From the NCBI RefSeq assembly GCF_009914755.1, contig NC_060932.1: DNA of 64,000 bases; one strand, written 5' to 3'. The stretch comes from the human T2T-CHM13v2.0 reference genome, Homo sapiens. A program made the position numbers and the translations under genes. How positions within the stretch are numbered: position 1 is the first letter of the stretch; every line of letters starts with the position of its first letter. The notes below the pieces were generated by a model. That model did not search any database. It was given only the letters and a program-made list of their open reading frames with translations, and was not told the origin of the DNA. Positions 11,756 through 26,539 of this stretch are shown piece after piece.

Positions 11756-14232
11756 TCTCTCCACTGTTTGAGACCCGGTGACCAGCAGCCTTGCCTGCTA
11801 GGGAGGAGGGTGTAGGAGAAATAGGAAGCCAAGGATGGTTAAGACTTTGTGGGCAGGTAGCATGGCTGTGTCCCGGGAATTGTCTCAGCCCTGATTTGGT
11901 CATTCATGTTCACTTTCCCACTAGGCTGTGAGTGTGAAAGTGCTTTAAGCCAGAGAGAGCCAGTTGGGAATTCTGGTTCTGCCACTTACTATCTGCAACT
12001 GTGAGACACATTGGTTCATCAAATCTGAGATGCCACCTGTTGTAACGGGCGCCTGTTTTATATGCCACTAAGAAGGAAAAATCTCTGCTGGGTAGGTGGC
12101 AAATTATATCAAGTGCCAGATGCTTCCTGATTTCACAGACATATAAATGTGTGTCACAGAATCAATGAAACATGGTAATAGATGTGAAGAACTCAGAATA
12201 GCACCTGGCACATAATAGGCCCTTTTGACCTGAATGACCTTAAGGTAGCCTCACAACGTCTCTAAGGGCATTTCCCCAACTGCGACATGGGAACAACATC
12301 TACACTGCAGGACTGTCATGCAAACACAATGTAACAAAGCTAAAAGGGCTCTGGGGCACAATCCTGGCCCATGGAAACATCAGCAATGTGGGTCTGTTCC
12401 CCCTTCTCTGAGGGCTGAGCCCCTGTCACATTGATCTCTAAACTCAGTGCTTGGCACACAGCCTGGCTGAAGGAAATGAAAAATCAATGTTTGCAGAATG
12501 TGGTAGAGAGCCATTCCTGAGCATTACAATGCACTGGTTCTCCAAGGGGAAATGTTGGGGACCCAAAGAACACCAGAGCAACTGAAAGAAGCCTTTGGAT
12601 CATCACAAAGCCAGGGTTTGGCTGGGAAGTCATAGTCTCAGGGTGAAAAACATGGTCAGTGCCAGAGCTGGGATCACAGCTTGGGTTTCCTTATGTGTCT
12701 TCCCACATCCTTTTCACCATCCTGCCCGCCCCACTACTCTTGGGGGCTATTTCCCCTGCTGGGACCTGAGCATCCTCACTTGATAAGATACTGGAGTGGT
12801 CAGTGGGTCTTATCAAAATCATTAGGAACACCAGATTCCACGGCCAATCCAGACCTACTGAAAGAGAATCTTGGTGGCAAGAGTGAGGGATCTCTATTTT
12901 TCCAAGTGTCCCAAATAATTCAGAACAATTGGTTTGTGGGCTGTGGACTGGCATTTAGATTAGATGGTCAATCAGCAAGGTTCCTTCTAGCTCCAACCCT
13001 CAGTAATCCAAGGCCAGAGAAGAAATCAGGGTCATCTCTTTTTAAAGCCAGAATCCACTGGTGTCATGTGGGGTAGGGGTGGACATTGTACTGGAACCCA
13101 GTGACAAGTGGGTGACACAATGCAGGAAAATGCCCATGTGAACTGCCAGAGAAAATAACAAACCTACTCAAGCCCTGCTACTAATAAGCGCGGCACTCCT
13201 GGACTTTTGTTTTTCCTTTATCTTGTATTTGGCCAAGTGGGCTGGAAGGAGCCTCCTTTTAATGACTGTGACTTGGCAAAGACTTTCATAGGTCCCGAAG
13301 GGATGGCAGAATTGACATCTGTGCCCCATGAGAAAGGAGAGAACTCAGAACTGGCCACATGCTTGGGCCAAGAAAACCCCAGAAAATTCTGCAGAGGAAC
13401 CGAGGAAGCCACCAGGAAGCAACCCCAACCCCAGGAATGATGCTAAAGACTACAGCGAGAGCACCAGGGATGCCTCCTCTCGATATTGGATGTATTTGCT
13501 GCGGATCCTTCATCCCTGGCCAGGTGACCGTTCTCCCCACACAGACTGCAAATACAAACTCATTCAGGCTGTCCCCAAACAGGCTGAGGCTATGCAAGAC
13601 AACAGAGAGATCCTGGAGAAGAAAAACATGGAGAAGAGCTGGAATTCAGAGGCTGGGTCTGACACCAAGAAACTCCCCGGGAGCAGTAAGGACAGGCTAA
13701 CCTGCAGCCAGCAGCACCAAGAGGGACCCGGCCGCTGCGCGGGGCCTTGGCCCTGGGTTGGCTGAGGCCAGGCTGTCAGCCCTGGTTTCTCACAGACCTG
13801 CCTCACCTCTGGCTGCACCAGGAGGCCTGCAACAGAAGCCACAGTGTGGGGTCAGCAAGTAGGGCAAGAAGTGGCAGGAGGGTGCTGTGAGTCACAGAGC
13901 AGGCCAGGCAGAAGTCAGGTGTGGGGTCAAAACAACAGGAAGAGTGTGACTGGGTGTGACTAGGCAGCCAAGGTAGACGGTCGGAGACTCCCTGACTTAG
14001 CCTCTCTGTTCTGGCCAGCCTGAACTCACTTTGTGCACCTACTCGTTTAGCCAAGTAAGTGACTGAGAGTCTATCAGACAGCTGTGGATACACCCACAAA
14101 CAGAGTCCCTGCCCTCATGGAGCTGACATTCTAGGGAGAGTCTAGCAATACAGCTAGTCAACAAAAACAAAACCATAATTATAGCCAAGCGGTGATAAGA
14201 GCATAGATGGGAACAGAAGCACAGGGAGTACA

Positions 14233-14505
14233 GAGTGAGGCAGGCACTATTGTGGGCAAGTGAACAAAGGAGTGGAGAGTGAGGGCAGGCGCCATCTTGG
14301 ACAAGTGGAGGAGGGAGGAAATGAGAGACAGGGCAGGCACCATCTTGGCCGAGTGGACAAGGAAGGAAATGAGAGAGAGGGCAGGCACCATCTTGGACAG
14401 GTGGACAAGGGAGGGAATGAGAGGGCAGGTACTGTCTTGGACAAGTGAACAAGGAAGAGGGTGGGGAGTGAGAGCAGGTGCCATTTTGGACGAGTAGAGA
14501 AGGAA
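14233..14505. repeat. Degenerate minisatellite, about 6 copies of 44-50 bp, within an L2 remnant
   Basis: Unit approximately GAGGGCAGGCACCATCTTGGACAAGTGGACAAGGAAGGAAATGAGA; seen as KMVPALSL repeats in ORF 14179..14673(-). Confidence 0.88.
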
Positions 14506-15315
14506 GGCCTTGAGTGGAGACCTGAATGAGCTGAGGAAGGACGTGGACTCCCCCACCTCAGAAAACTCCTTTCTGTACTCTGGCCTAAGGTTTCCTTGTC
14601 TTTTAGATCTCAGCTTAGATGCCTCTTCTCCTTCCCTGGTCCCCACACCCAACAGGGCCCCTTCTAGGTACATGCTTATAGCTTTGTGTCATAATTGCTA
14701 TTGCTATTTACTCTCTTAAGACACTGTGAGCCTTCTGAGGATCACGTGACCTGGTACAGGGCCCGGTGCACTGAGATACCCAGCCTGTGCAAAGGGAAGG
14801 CATGCATGAATGGAGGGACTCATTAATATGGACCCAGATGGGCAGGTGCTGGCTGGAGGGCATGGCTCCCCAGAGTCCAGGGCTTTGGTGGCAACCTGAA
14901 TGGAGAATCCACCATCAGGGCCCCAAATCTCCAGCATCCTCTTTATTACATCACAACACTTCTAATCACATACTTGCTGCCTTCTCTACTTGAGATGACT
15001 CTGGATTCTGGACCCAGAGCTCAGGCTGTTACAATGACCGTACATCTCAAGTGAGAGAATGGGGACATGGCTGTCAGATGATCATGGTGGGTGCAATGGG
15101 AAGTCTGGAAAATGTCATTTGGATGCTGAAATACTGAAATTCCCAAGAGGTTTCAATGTAGATAGAAGTGATAGAAGAATATTTGGAAACAAGACACCTT
15201 CAAAAAATTGAAAACATATGATAACCATAATCACGGGATGCAAAGCATCAATTTCAAGGATGTCTCTGGCCCATGGCCCATGCTTACCATGCATCGAGCA
15301 AAGTCATGGCCTGCA

Positions 15316-15393
15316 GGGCTCCTATGGTCTCCCCAGTAGGGACCACATTGATCTCAGGAACTGAAAAGTGCCCTCAAGGGAGAAAAAGAACTA
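15316..15393 (-). ncRNA. MIR4287: MIR4287 precursor hairpin, intronic and sense to SCARA5
   Basis: Reverse complement of 15365-15383 is UCUCCCUUGAGGGCACUUU, which I recognise as mature miR-4287. It can partly pair with the GUGGUCCCUACUGGGGAGA arm. Confidence 0.85.
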
Positions 15394-17029
15394 GAGAGCA
15401 CCTGGGCGAGGCTGCACAAGGCACCACTCCACCCAGACCCCAGTGTCGGTTCATTAAGCATGGAGGCCTGTTCCTCACCACCTGTCCCCAGATCCCCTAG
15501 ACTCAGGGCTTCCCCCCATGGTGGAGGGCCACCTGCCCACAGGGTCAACAGATGCTGCCTGCCCCAGCAGGGTCAACACAAATCTGAAAGCCACACCTTC
15601 TCCCCTGGACTCACCCAAATCAGAGGCCACATTTTGTTGTAGCTCCACTTCACAGAGCATGGCCCTAAGCTGTGGATTTTGCATCCTTTTCTCCCCACCC
15701 AACAAAATCTCAGCTCTGTTACCACCTCTCTGGGAAACCACAGGCTGAGGTCTGACTTGCTTATGATGTAGGCTGCCCTGATTCAGGAACTCAGAGTCTA
15801 AATTCAGAAACTTGTGTCTCTGGCCTCCTTTACCCCTGAAGAGGTATAGGGGAGGCAGGCAGGCAGGAGCCTTTCCCAGAGCTGAGCAATGAGGCCACCT
15901 CCAGCAACACACTTGGGGAATCACCAACACCCTCCAACAGTGACTACCCTCTAGCCTGAGAAGGACGTCATCATTTAAGAGGTTTGGGTTTCTGTGGGCA
16001 GAGGGTTTAAATGCTGCTTTTTCTCGGCAGTTTCTGCCCCAGGTCAAAGCTTTCCCACCAAGCCACCAACCACCACTGGGAAATGCTCTTGCCCCACAAT
16101 GTGTCAGCCCCGACTTAATCAGACGTGGTGACTGAGAGGCAGCCTCAGCCTGGTCCGTGACTTCCCCAAGACTCTTCCTGTCAGTCCAGGGAGTTTTTTC
16201 CTCAGATGCCCCCCAGGAGGGTCCCTGCAGGGGGAACGGGGCTACTGGAGTCAGGGAGATGCCTCTCTCTGCACGTGGCAGTGGAGGAAAATGGGAGACA
16301 GGGATTCTTGATTGTGTGAAATTCAGAGACTCCTAGGCTCCAAAGCAAGAGCAGATGCTCCAGGTAGAGGGCAAAGGGCAAGAGAGCTGGTGATGAGCAA
16401 TGGGACCCCAGGCTTTCGAGGTTGCAGCCACGTCCCCTAGTAACTGCCCTTCAATGACTGCGAGGCACCTTCACCTCCTCCTTGGCATCATACCACATTG
16501 AGCCCTGGAAAACCCTTCCTGAGCAAATGAGGATCAGCAACCCGGAAGAAAACCCTGCCCCATACCACTCCCGTGTGGGTATCTGATTTGCACCCCTCAG
16601 GTGAGGGCGTTAGGTGCAGAGACTATCACACTTTTCCTCTTGTTCTGGATCCCTAACCTGCAGACTGGGGTCTACCTGTCCATGCCTTCATGGTTTGCAA
16701 GTTAAGAGGATGGTACTGGCTACAAGGCTGGTCCCTACCAGCTCTGTGCAGGAATGGCACCGGCACATAGCATCACTTGGCTGGAAAACCCAAGCTGAAG
16801 GGAAACACCAAGAGCTATTCCTTACTAAAAACAAGGAGAGGCTGTTCTTGACAGCTTATTCCAATCCCCATCCCACAAGGCTTTGGCAGAGCTTTTTCTT
16901 GTAATGCCCACCCCTGCCCCCCATAGCAGAGACACCCAGATATCCACAGGGCTCATCTCTGTTCATCTTTTCCCTGCTTCCCCAGAACTGGGGACCACAA
17001 GCCCGAGATGGAGCAGGGACTTAGGGGCT

Positions 17030-17995
17030 GCTAGGCCCCCAAACATGGAAATAAAAGAAAATCTTGAGTATCTTCAAGGGAAATTCTAGGCTAGCCCCAA
17101 GAAGTAAATGAGCAACTTGGTAAGAAAGAAAGAAATAGTAGCTTAAAGCAATAGTCAAAGAAGTTAGAGTCAACCTCTGATGACTCTCTATAGAAACTAA
17201 AGAGAACATCTTAACATATGTCCCTGAGGTGTTTTTCAGAAACCCAGCTGGATGTTTTTCAGAAACCCAGAACCAAATGGATTTGCTGGCATATAGACCT
17301 CAAATGAGGGGAAACTGAGGCCTGAACTCTGATTGACGGACTTTTTTTTTTGAGACAAGGTCTGGCTCTGTCACCCAGGCTGGAGTGCAGTGGCATGATC
17401 TCGGCTCACTACAACCTCTGTCCCCCAGGCTCAAGCCATTCTCTCCCGACTCAGCCTCCCAAGTAGCTGGGACTACAGGGTGCATGCTGCCATGCCCAGC
17501 TAATGATTGTGTTTATTCTTTATTCTCCAGTGCCATAGAATAAAGGAAAATTCCAGGCACCTAGCTAGCTCTGAGGACCTGGAAGAAGTCACATCCACAG
17601 GCCAGACCTTAATATTCCTTTCTGCTGAACCCAAGTTTTTAGACAAAGTTTCCCTTCCTTAACCAATTGCAAATCAGAAAGTCTTTGAAGCCATGTATGA
17701 CCTGTAAGCCCTTGCTTCCAGATTTCCCACCTTTTTAGGCCAAACCAATGTATAACATCCATGTCTTGATTTAGAAATTTGCCTGTAACTTCTGCTCTCC
17801 TGAAATTTACCATTGCCTTTAAACAGCCTTGCTTGTAAGCCATCCAGGAGGTTGAGTCTTAAGTGTGAGCTACCAGATTTTCTTTGCTTGGTGCCTTGCA
17901 AATAAACACCATGCTTCCTCCCACTGCACAACTTCAGTATGGATGTTTGGCTTTACCATGCCAGGCAAGAAGATCCCACTTCGGTTTGGTTACAA
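17030..17995 (+). mobile_element. ERV1 (MER4-group-like) solo LTR with a partial antisense Alu at about 17341-17505
   Basis: aaccaattgcaaatcagaaa, ggccaaaccaatgtata and AATAAA near 17900 are typical of MER4-group LTRs; subfamily not determined. Confidence 0.6.
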
Positions 17996-20379
17996 GCCCC
18001 ATCAACACCCTGTGACCAAGGTTCTTCCCTTTGATACAGAGAAGCAGAAAGAGAAAAGTGCTGTCACCTCAAAGCCCAGACCAGAGCATCCCTGCCTGGT
18101 TTCACTGTGTAACCCTAGGAGAGGAAAGTGGTTTGAGGGAACACAGGGCAGGAGACTGGCTCCTGGCTGGGTAGCCTCCTTGCTGTCTCCCAGATCAAGG
18201 GGCTCATTGTTTCACCCCACAACTTTTCTGGAGTGTCAATTCCAGCCTCGGCTTGGAGCTCTCTGCCTCACTGCAGCCCCAGACCACAGCACCTGCCTCC
18301 CCATTCCTCAACCTGTTGTACTGAGCCTGCCCTTCACCCAGGCCCCACCGGGACCAACCCCGTCCTCAGCCACCCTCCTTCTACAGGCCCCAAATCTCTC
18401 AAAGCTTGAGCTTGTTCCCCAGTAAAGAGGGTACAGCTGAGGCACAGATGAGGCCAGGTCATGGAGAAGATCAAGGCATGGGTCTGGACAAGGAATCTTA
18501 GCATTTTCTCAGGATATCACTAGGAACAACTTCCATTAGCTTAGTTGTCGGCAACAGATGTCCCATTACTTAGTGCTTGGAGTGATTTTTCGGTAATTAT
18601 GACATCATCTTTGGGCTTTTCCAATAATCACAAATGATGGTGAAGCATAGCATTTGCCAGCTGGTAGAGACTTGAAGATGACACAGTCCACACTCTTTGC
18701 ATGACACGTGTGGGAGCAGAGGCCCAGAGAGGTGACGTGCCTTACCCAAGTCATCCCGTAGCTAGCAGAAGAGCTGGGGCCTGAACTTGAGACTTAGCCC
18801 TAGGGCCAGTTCTCCATCTACACCCTCCTTTCTTTCCCAGAATCCTTTCTTCAGAAGATCCCTGAGCATGGTCCACCAATTTGCATCACGACTTTGATGC
18901 AAGATGCCTTTTGATGGAGCAGTTACATGAAAAACAATTACTTTAACCCTGGAACTGCAATGCTTCTAACTAAAATTCATAGAAACAGCTTGGTTTCTCC
19001 TGAGTCTTATGGGAGAACCAAGAAGACAGGGTTGCCTTTGTGAAGCACAGCCATTGCTGAGTTTGCATTTGAAAATGAACATGTCAACGATTGCACGCAG
19101 GGGAAGGATAAACCAGCCTTAGCTTTTGAGGAAAGTGATAATATTTGTTGAAGTCCGGGGTGATTCTACTTCCCGTGCACAGATATGCAGCACTAAAAAT
19201 GCATTATCTGTATTAATTCTTTATGTATATTTTATCAATGTCTGTGTTTATTTTTTCAATTGCATATTTATTTATCCATCCATTTGCAGGTATGGAATTA
19301 CTACCACATTCCAGGATTGTGCTAGGCACTAAGGATGCAAGGATAAATAAGTATTGTCTTTGCCCTGGACTCACTCAAATGAACTAAGAGTTTAAAATAG
19401 ATAAGAAAGACCACAGAATGTCAAAGCTGGCAGAGAACTCAGGGGCTCCAAAACCCTCAGTTAGAAATGAGGAAACTGAAGTTGACAGAGAAGTCACCAG
19501 CCATTACTGGGATGCCAGATCCTTCTCTTTTGAGACCACTTCTCTTTCTGATGCTGGCTACTTTCAGTAACAAACCATAATACAGAGAGAAGACAGTTTG
19601 AGGTTAAACCAGCAGGGCCCAGGGTGGAGCAGGCTGGCACTCCTAGAACCAGGTGGCACTGCTCTCCATCTGTGAAGGTTACAAGCACATATACTATTTT
19701 CCCTTGGAAATAGAGACCATGTCTTGTTTGTCCATGGCCCCTTAACACTTAACATGACACGTGGCTGGCTGAGGGCCCTAAATGCTGAATAGATGGCATG
19801 GAGGGCAATGGGTAGATGTGTGCGTGACTTTATGAGCAAGCATGATTGGAATCCCCTTCTGAATGCCTCCGGATCCCTGTACCTCCCTGGTTCCAGTCTC
19901 AACCTCCAGTGCCTGCATATTCAGAATGGGTGCTGTTCTCACCCACAGATCCCACCTGCTCAGGGTGGGAGGGGTGGGAAAGGTGCTGCCCCAGCACGGA
20001 GGCCACAGCTCGCTGTGCACACAGTGACTTGGGGCCTGACCCTGGATTTCATCGATTTGTGCTGCCCTTCTGAAGGTCATTCTATATCCCCGCCTTGCTA
20101 ATTGATGTCTAAACATGTATCGATCTAGCCTTGGGGACACAGAGGTATTTCACCCTGTCTCTTCTTTGGATGCAAAATGCTGCGAGGCAGTTCCAGGTTG
20201 TCCCGGCAGGTGTGGGTCTGAAGCAAGCAGCGTGGTGGGTGAGGGGAGCCCAGGGCAGAGACTGGATGGGCAGGGCCAGTCCAGGCAAGCTACAAGTGCT
20301 CTCGCAAGTCTGAGAGGCATTTCAGACTTCCTCATTTCTTCACTGTCCCATGGGCCTCTCAGGGTTGTTGAGGGGATCA

Positions 20380-21220
<841 letters not shown>

Positions 21221-21890
21221 TCAGATGTGGTTAGAGCGTGGCTCTCAACAGGCTGGTTGGGTGTGTGCCATGCTCACAGCCCATGGGCATTGCCTTCCAC
21301 GTGGGAAAGACCGTGAATCATTGGCCTGACTCAGAAGTTCTGTCCCAGCCTCTCTGATGAAGATTAGCAGGGCCACCTCTCCCAGCAGTTCACACTGGGG
21401 AATACGGAGAGAGCTGAGCAGACACAAAGAGACTGAGAGGCAGGGATGGTGGAATCAATAAGCCATGTTGGAGAAGAGGCCTCCCAGTGAAAAGCTGAGC
21501 CAAAGGGCAGTGGCCCCCAGAACGGCCTTGGATTCCGAGTGACCTTCTCATGCCAGGATCCACAAGGCCCACCTGAACTATGGGTCCTGGTTATCCCAAA
21601 TCTCCTTGCATATCCTCATTACTTGAAATGACCCGGATGAGTCTCTGGTTCTTGGGACTGGAAAAGCCTGAAGAGGGCACCTGTGAATCCCATGCACCCA
21701 TCTGAGAACTGATCAGCTACTTGCCTCTGTGGGTCCTGGGGAAATTAGGAATTTGCAAGGCATCACACACTGTCATGGTGATTCCTGTGGGGAGATAACT
21801 CAGGAGGGTGGAAGGAGGCAGCTGGACTCAGGAGCAGGATTGGAATCTGACTCCACCATAGGCCAGAAGTGACCTCTCCATACCTCACCC

Positions 21891-22188
21891 TTTTTTTTTT
21901 TTTTTTTTTCGAGACGGAGTCAAGCTCTGTTGCCCAGGCTGGAGTGCAGTGGTGCGATCTTGGCTCACTCAAGCCCCGCCTCCGGGGTTCACGCTATTCT
22001 GCCTCAGCCTCCCGAGTAGCTGGGACCACAGGCGCCCGCCACCACGACCGGCTAATTTTTTGTATTTTTTAGTAGAGATGGGGTTTCACCGTGTTAGACA
22101 GGATGGTCTCGATCTCCTGACCTCGTGATCCGCCCGCCTGGGCCTCCCAAAGTGCTGGGATTACAGGCGTGAGCCACCGCACCCAGCC
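21891..22188 (-). mobile_element. AluY-like
   Basis: CpG-rich antisense Alu (gggttcacgctattct, ccgtgttagacaggatggtctcgatctcctgacctcgtgatccgcccgcc). Confidence 0.9.
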
Positions 22189-25100
22189 TCTCACCTCTTC
22201 TTAAAGTGGACATCATGGTGGCGGCTGGGAGCAACAGGGCATGTCAAGGACTTGGCACCTAGCGTGAGGTCTCATCATTGTGAGCTCCCACCCCTGGTCA
22301 GGTGGCAGTCCTCCCAGCAGCGTGTGGGTCAGCTCCAAGGGTCCCCATGCTTGGGATGGCTTGGACACCAGTGGCCAAGCAGGGATGTATCCTTGAAAGC
22401 CTTTTTGCACTCGTAGGAAGCAGGAACAAAAAGGCTCATCCCCTGAATTGAATGAGTCTCCTCCTAACTTCTGTTCTCCCCAGGGCTTGGTTCCTGGCTC
22501 CTTAGCATATTAGGACCAGGGCATCCGTGAGGCAGAAGACCGGCTCCTGCTGTCAGCAACTTTCTGTACATTGATGCAAACTGGATGTTATTTGTTAAGC
22601 AAGGCAGCTCTGGAATGGCCCAGGAATGCAATGCTAGGGCTGCGACCACGCTTGAGCTCCTAGTGCAGACCTTAGAAATCTACTATGTGGGGATTCTCCT
22701 CTCAAAACAAACATTTCTTTGCTCTCTTTGTTTTGTAAATATATATGTCAGACAAGCAAGGTCCCAGGCAAAGCAGGCTGAGTCTTACCCCAGATGCCCC
22801 TGAACCCTGGAGCTGGAAGGGGTCTCGGACATTGGCCTTGAACCCCTCCCCTCTACTTCAAACACACAGATCCTCTCCTCTCTGTAGCACACCAGACAGC
22901 TGCTCATCCTGCCTCTGGGAATGGAAGGGAACCCGACAGCATCTCTGGGGAATGCATTACAGGATTTTAAAGCCAGGATCTGGTTTCACTTACTCGCCCT
23001 GGCATCTCTGGACATCCCAGGGTTTTGCATCTGATTATTCCCTACCTTATTTTACACTGTGTGCTTGGGGATTCATGGCTATCACTGGGGTGTGAGATGA
23101 GGAACAGCCTTTTCCTTCTTTCAGCACAACTGAGCAAGTGGTTTCATTACTCCGCCCCCAGCGGGTTTAGGAGGACTGTGTAGTGGCCAGTGGCTGCCAT
23201 CTCTCAGAACTGGCTTCCAAGGCTGGGGTAACCTCAGAGCTATCTACTGCCAGCAGGGCTTGGCCACACCTGGCTCAGGGCCATCCCCAAACCCAGCGAC
23301 AACACAGCCAAGTTCTGGGTACTACCCAGGACAGAGCTCAAGTCAGGCATAAAAAGAGGAGAGAATGATTATCTACTGAGGTCCCGTCGTGCACAGGCTG
23401 GGCACTGTGCAAAGTGCTTTGTGCGTGCATTTGCTCATTTCTTCTTCAGAGCAGCTCCATGAGTTAGTTATTACAGCTCATTTAACAGAAGAGAAAACAG
23501 GCTCAGAAAAGTCAAGTAAAAATTTGCTCAGGGTCACACAGCTGCCACATGGAAGAGTCAGAGAGAAGGGCAAAGGCTTGTTATTTTCAATCCACAGAGG
23601 CGACTCTCAGGCTGAATACTTAAGACAAATATTTAATAACAGCCCTCTCCAAACATAAAGTGCTTTTCATCCATCTCACAACAGCCCTATGGGGTCTGCC
23701 GGATCCACTCTTCTCAGGCTTAAGGGAATGAGTCTTAGACTGAAAGCAGTAGCTCCAGTCTTGACTGTATCTGGGAAGCACCTGGGAAGCTCTGAAACCC
23801 ACCAGTGTGAGGGGCCAGTTTTAAACAATTCGTAGGTGATTTTGGTGCACAGCCAAGGCTGAGAAGCTCTGTGGGAGAATGTGGATCTGGGATCAAGCCC
23901 CGGCTACACAACTCCCTAGTTGTGGGGCCTTGTGAGTAAGGCAGAGAGATGTCACCTCCTCTGGGAAGGCTTCCCTGATTGTGGCCCCAGCATGTGCTCC
24001 CCACTAATGAGAAATCCTGCACCATGATTCCCTCTTCCGTGTCTCTCTGCACTCCCCATGGGAAGCTGCGTGAAGGGGGCCACCATTCTGCATCCTTGTG
24101 GTTCCAAATCACATCCCTGCAGCAAACAGAGAGCCTGCACGTTCCAGTGCTCAACAGATGGTGTGGAATGAATGAGTGGGGCAATGAATGGATGAATGGG
24201 ACTCACAGCATTTGAGGGGCTCTGAGAATGGAGCTGGTCACTAAATACCCCCAAACCTGCTTGGCTGTGCACCAGAAGGAACCTAAAGTCCAGGGAACTT
24301 TGCCTCTACAGAAAAGCAGAGGGAAAGCCCACCCTAAGCCTGGAAGATTGCAGCTCCTTTATGTTTGTTTTCCCTGCCTTCCAGTCCCCCTGAAACAGCA
24401 AAACAAGAGGAAAGAAAGGAGGTCGTGGAGAATAGAAATAAACACATGGGGCTGGGAAAATAGGCTCTGATTTTCTGCAGCTGCAGAGTAGAGCCCTAGG
24501 GATAATTCGGACCATCTGCCCATTAAGGAAGTTGAACTTTCATTCTCTTGTAAAGAAAGAACTCCCCGTGCCCCCAGCCGGCCTGAGGCACAGGGGCTCT
24601 GCTGAGGCTGAGGTGACACTGCTCGGCAGGAAATGTGATCCATATGGGAAGGACAGGGGCCATCCCAAAAGCAAAAGAACTTTCTGATCAGGCTGTCCTG
24701 GAGGGCATCGCTTTCAAAATGTTGTCTGGCCTGTGGGTGTGCTTTGTAAAATGCTATTTCCTAATGCCAATCTGCTCTTAATACGTTCCTTTACAACTCT
24801 TCAAAGCACTTTTATTAGCAGGTCTCGTGGGGTCTTTGCTGTCCTCCCCTGAGGTAGGTGGTGTTAGCCCCATTTTACAGGTGAGAAAGCTGAGACTCAG
24901 AGAAGGGGAGTGAGTGACTCTCTCCAGGTCACATGATAAGGCGGCCACGCCAGGAGCACACCTGGGTTTCCAAAGTGCTGTGTCTCCACTTAGGGGTCAG
25001 ACGGGGTACTTGGGACTTTGCTGGGTAGAAGGAGCAACAGAACTATCTCCCGCATTGTCACTGCCCTGAGGATCGTACTGGACTTTTAAAAACTGTGACT

Positions 25101-26094
25101 TCCCCTCTTTGTCTCCCCAGCCGTGCTTCATATTCTCTGGAAACTGGAAGTTTGCTCTGATCTTGCTATTCCTGGCTACCCGGTGTTCAATAAAAAGTGT
25201 GTCTGATCAAATAATAAATGAAGAGCTTTCCTTGCCCAGTCCTGAACCAGGAGCTCACCCCATCACAGTGGGAGGATGCTGTTAAGGCCCAGAAGCTCTG
25301 CTTAGAGCTGGATTTGTAGGAATTTCCTGGGTGGCCTGGGTGGACAAGTGAATCCTGTTCTTTCTTAAGCTCCTGAACCTCTCAGAGGGCAGTGAGAGGT
25401 CAGAGTCAACAAGCATTTAAAACCAGAAAGAAATGCTGGAGAGCCAGGAGAAGGCAGTGATGCTATGTGCCTGTTTCATCAGGCCTGCAGCCCTCCTTGC
25501 TGTACACCCTGTGGGGAGGTGCTGACATCCGTAAGGCACCCTTCTTGAAGGCTCAGGTTCATGTGCCCAGGGCTAGTGGACCTTCCTGGGAGGGTTCTGC
25601 CATCCCCTCCTTGCCCTAGTTCCTATCCCAGTTCTCCTCCTCCTCTATGTTCTAGGTCTGAGTCTCCTTTCCGTGATGCTTCTCCACCTCTGCACCATAA
25701 ATCCTCAAAGGTCAGGACTGTCTTGAGAACCAGGTTTACCCCTCTCTAACTCTAGGACCTTGGGTGAGGAGTGTAAACTCTCAGCATGGTTCCCTCCTCA
25801 GTTAGATGGGATGACGACATACCCCAGAGTTATTCTGAAACATGCAGGAGCTCAGTGACCGGGGTGGTCGCCTCTCAATAGTGTTGAACTCAATACAACC
25901 CCTGAGGATCATGGTGGGGGACCCAGGCACCATGGCAAGTGACTTTTCAAACCTCTGAGTCAGCGAGAAAGACAGCCATATACCCCCTCCTGCCACCATG
26001 GCCCCAAGACCTCCCAGGGAGGTTTACTATGGCTTCGTCTGTCTCTTTCTTCCATCTGAATTCAACAAACGGCTCCCTAAAGAAAAGAGGCTGA

Positions 26095-26539
<445 letters not shown>

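Noticed and set aside
14233-14505. Regularly spaced repeats superficially like a CRISPR array
   Set aside because: Eukaryotic DNA; the whole unit is repeated with no unique spacers, and there are no cas genes. It is a minisatellite.
19644-19662. CTCF-like motif AACCAGGTGGCACTG (similar partial matches near 7466 and 32078)
   Set aside because: Imperfect matches at core positions, expected by chance in 64 kb; cannot be supported without ChIP data.
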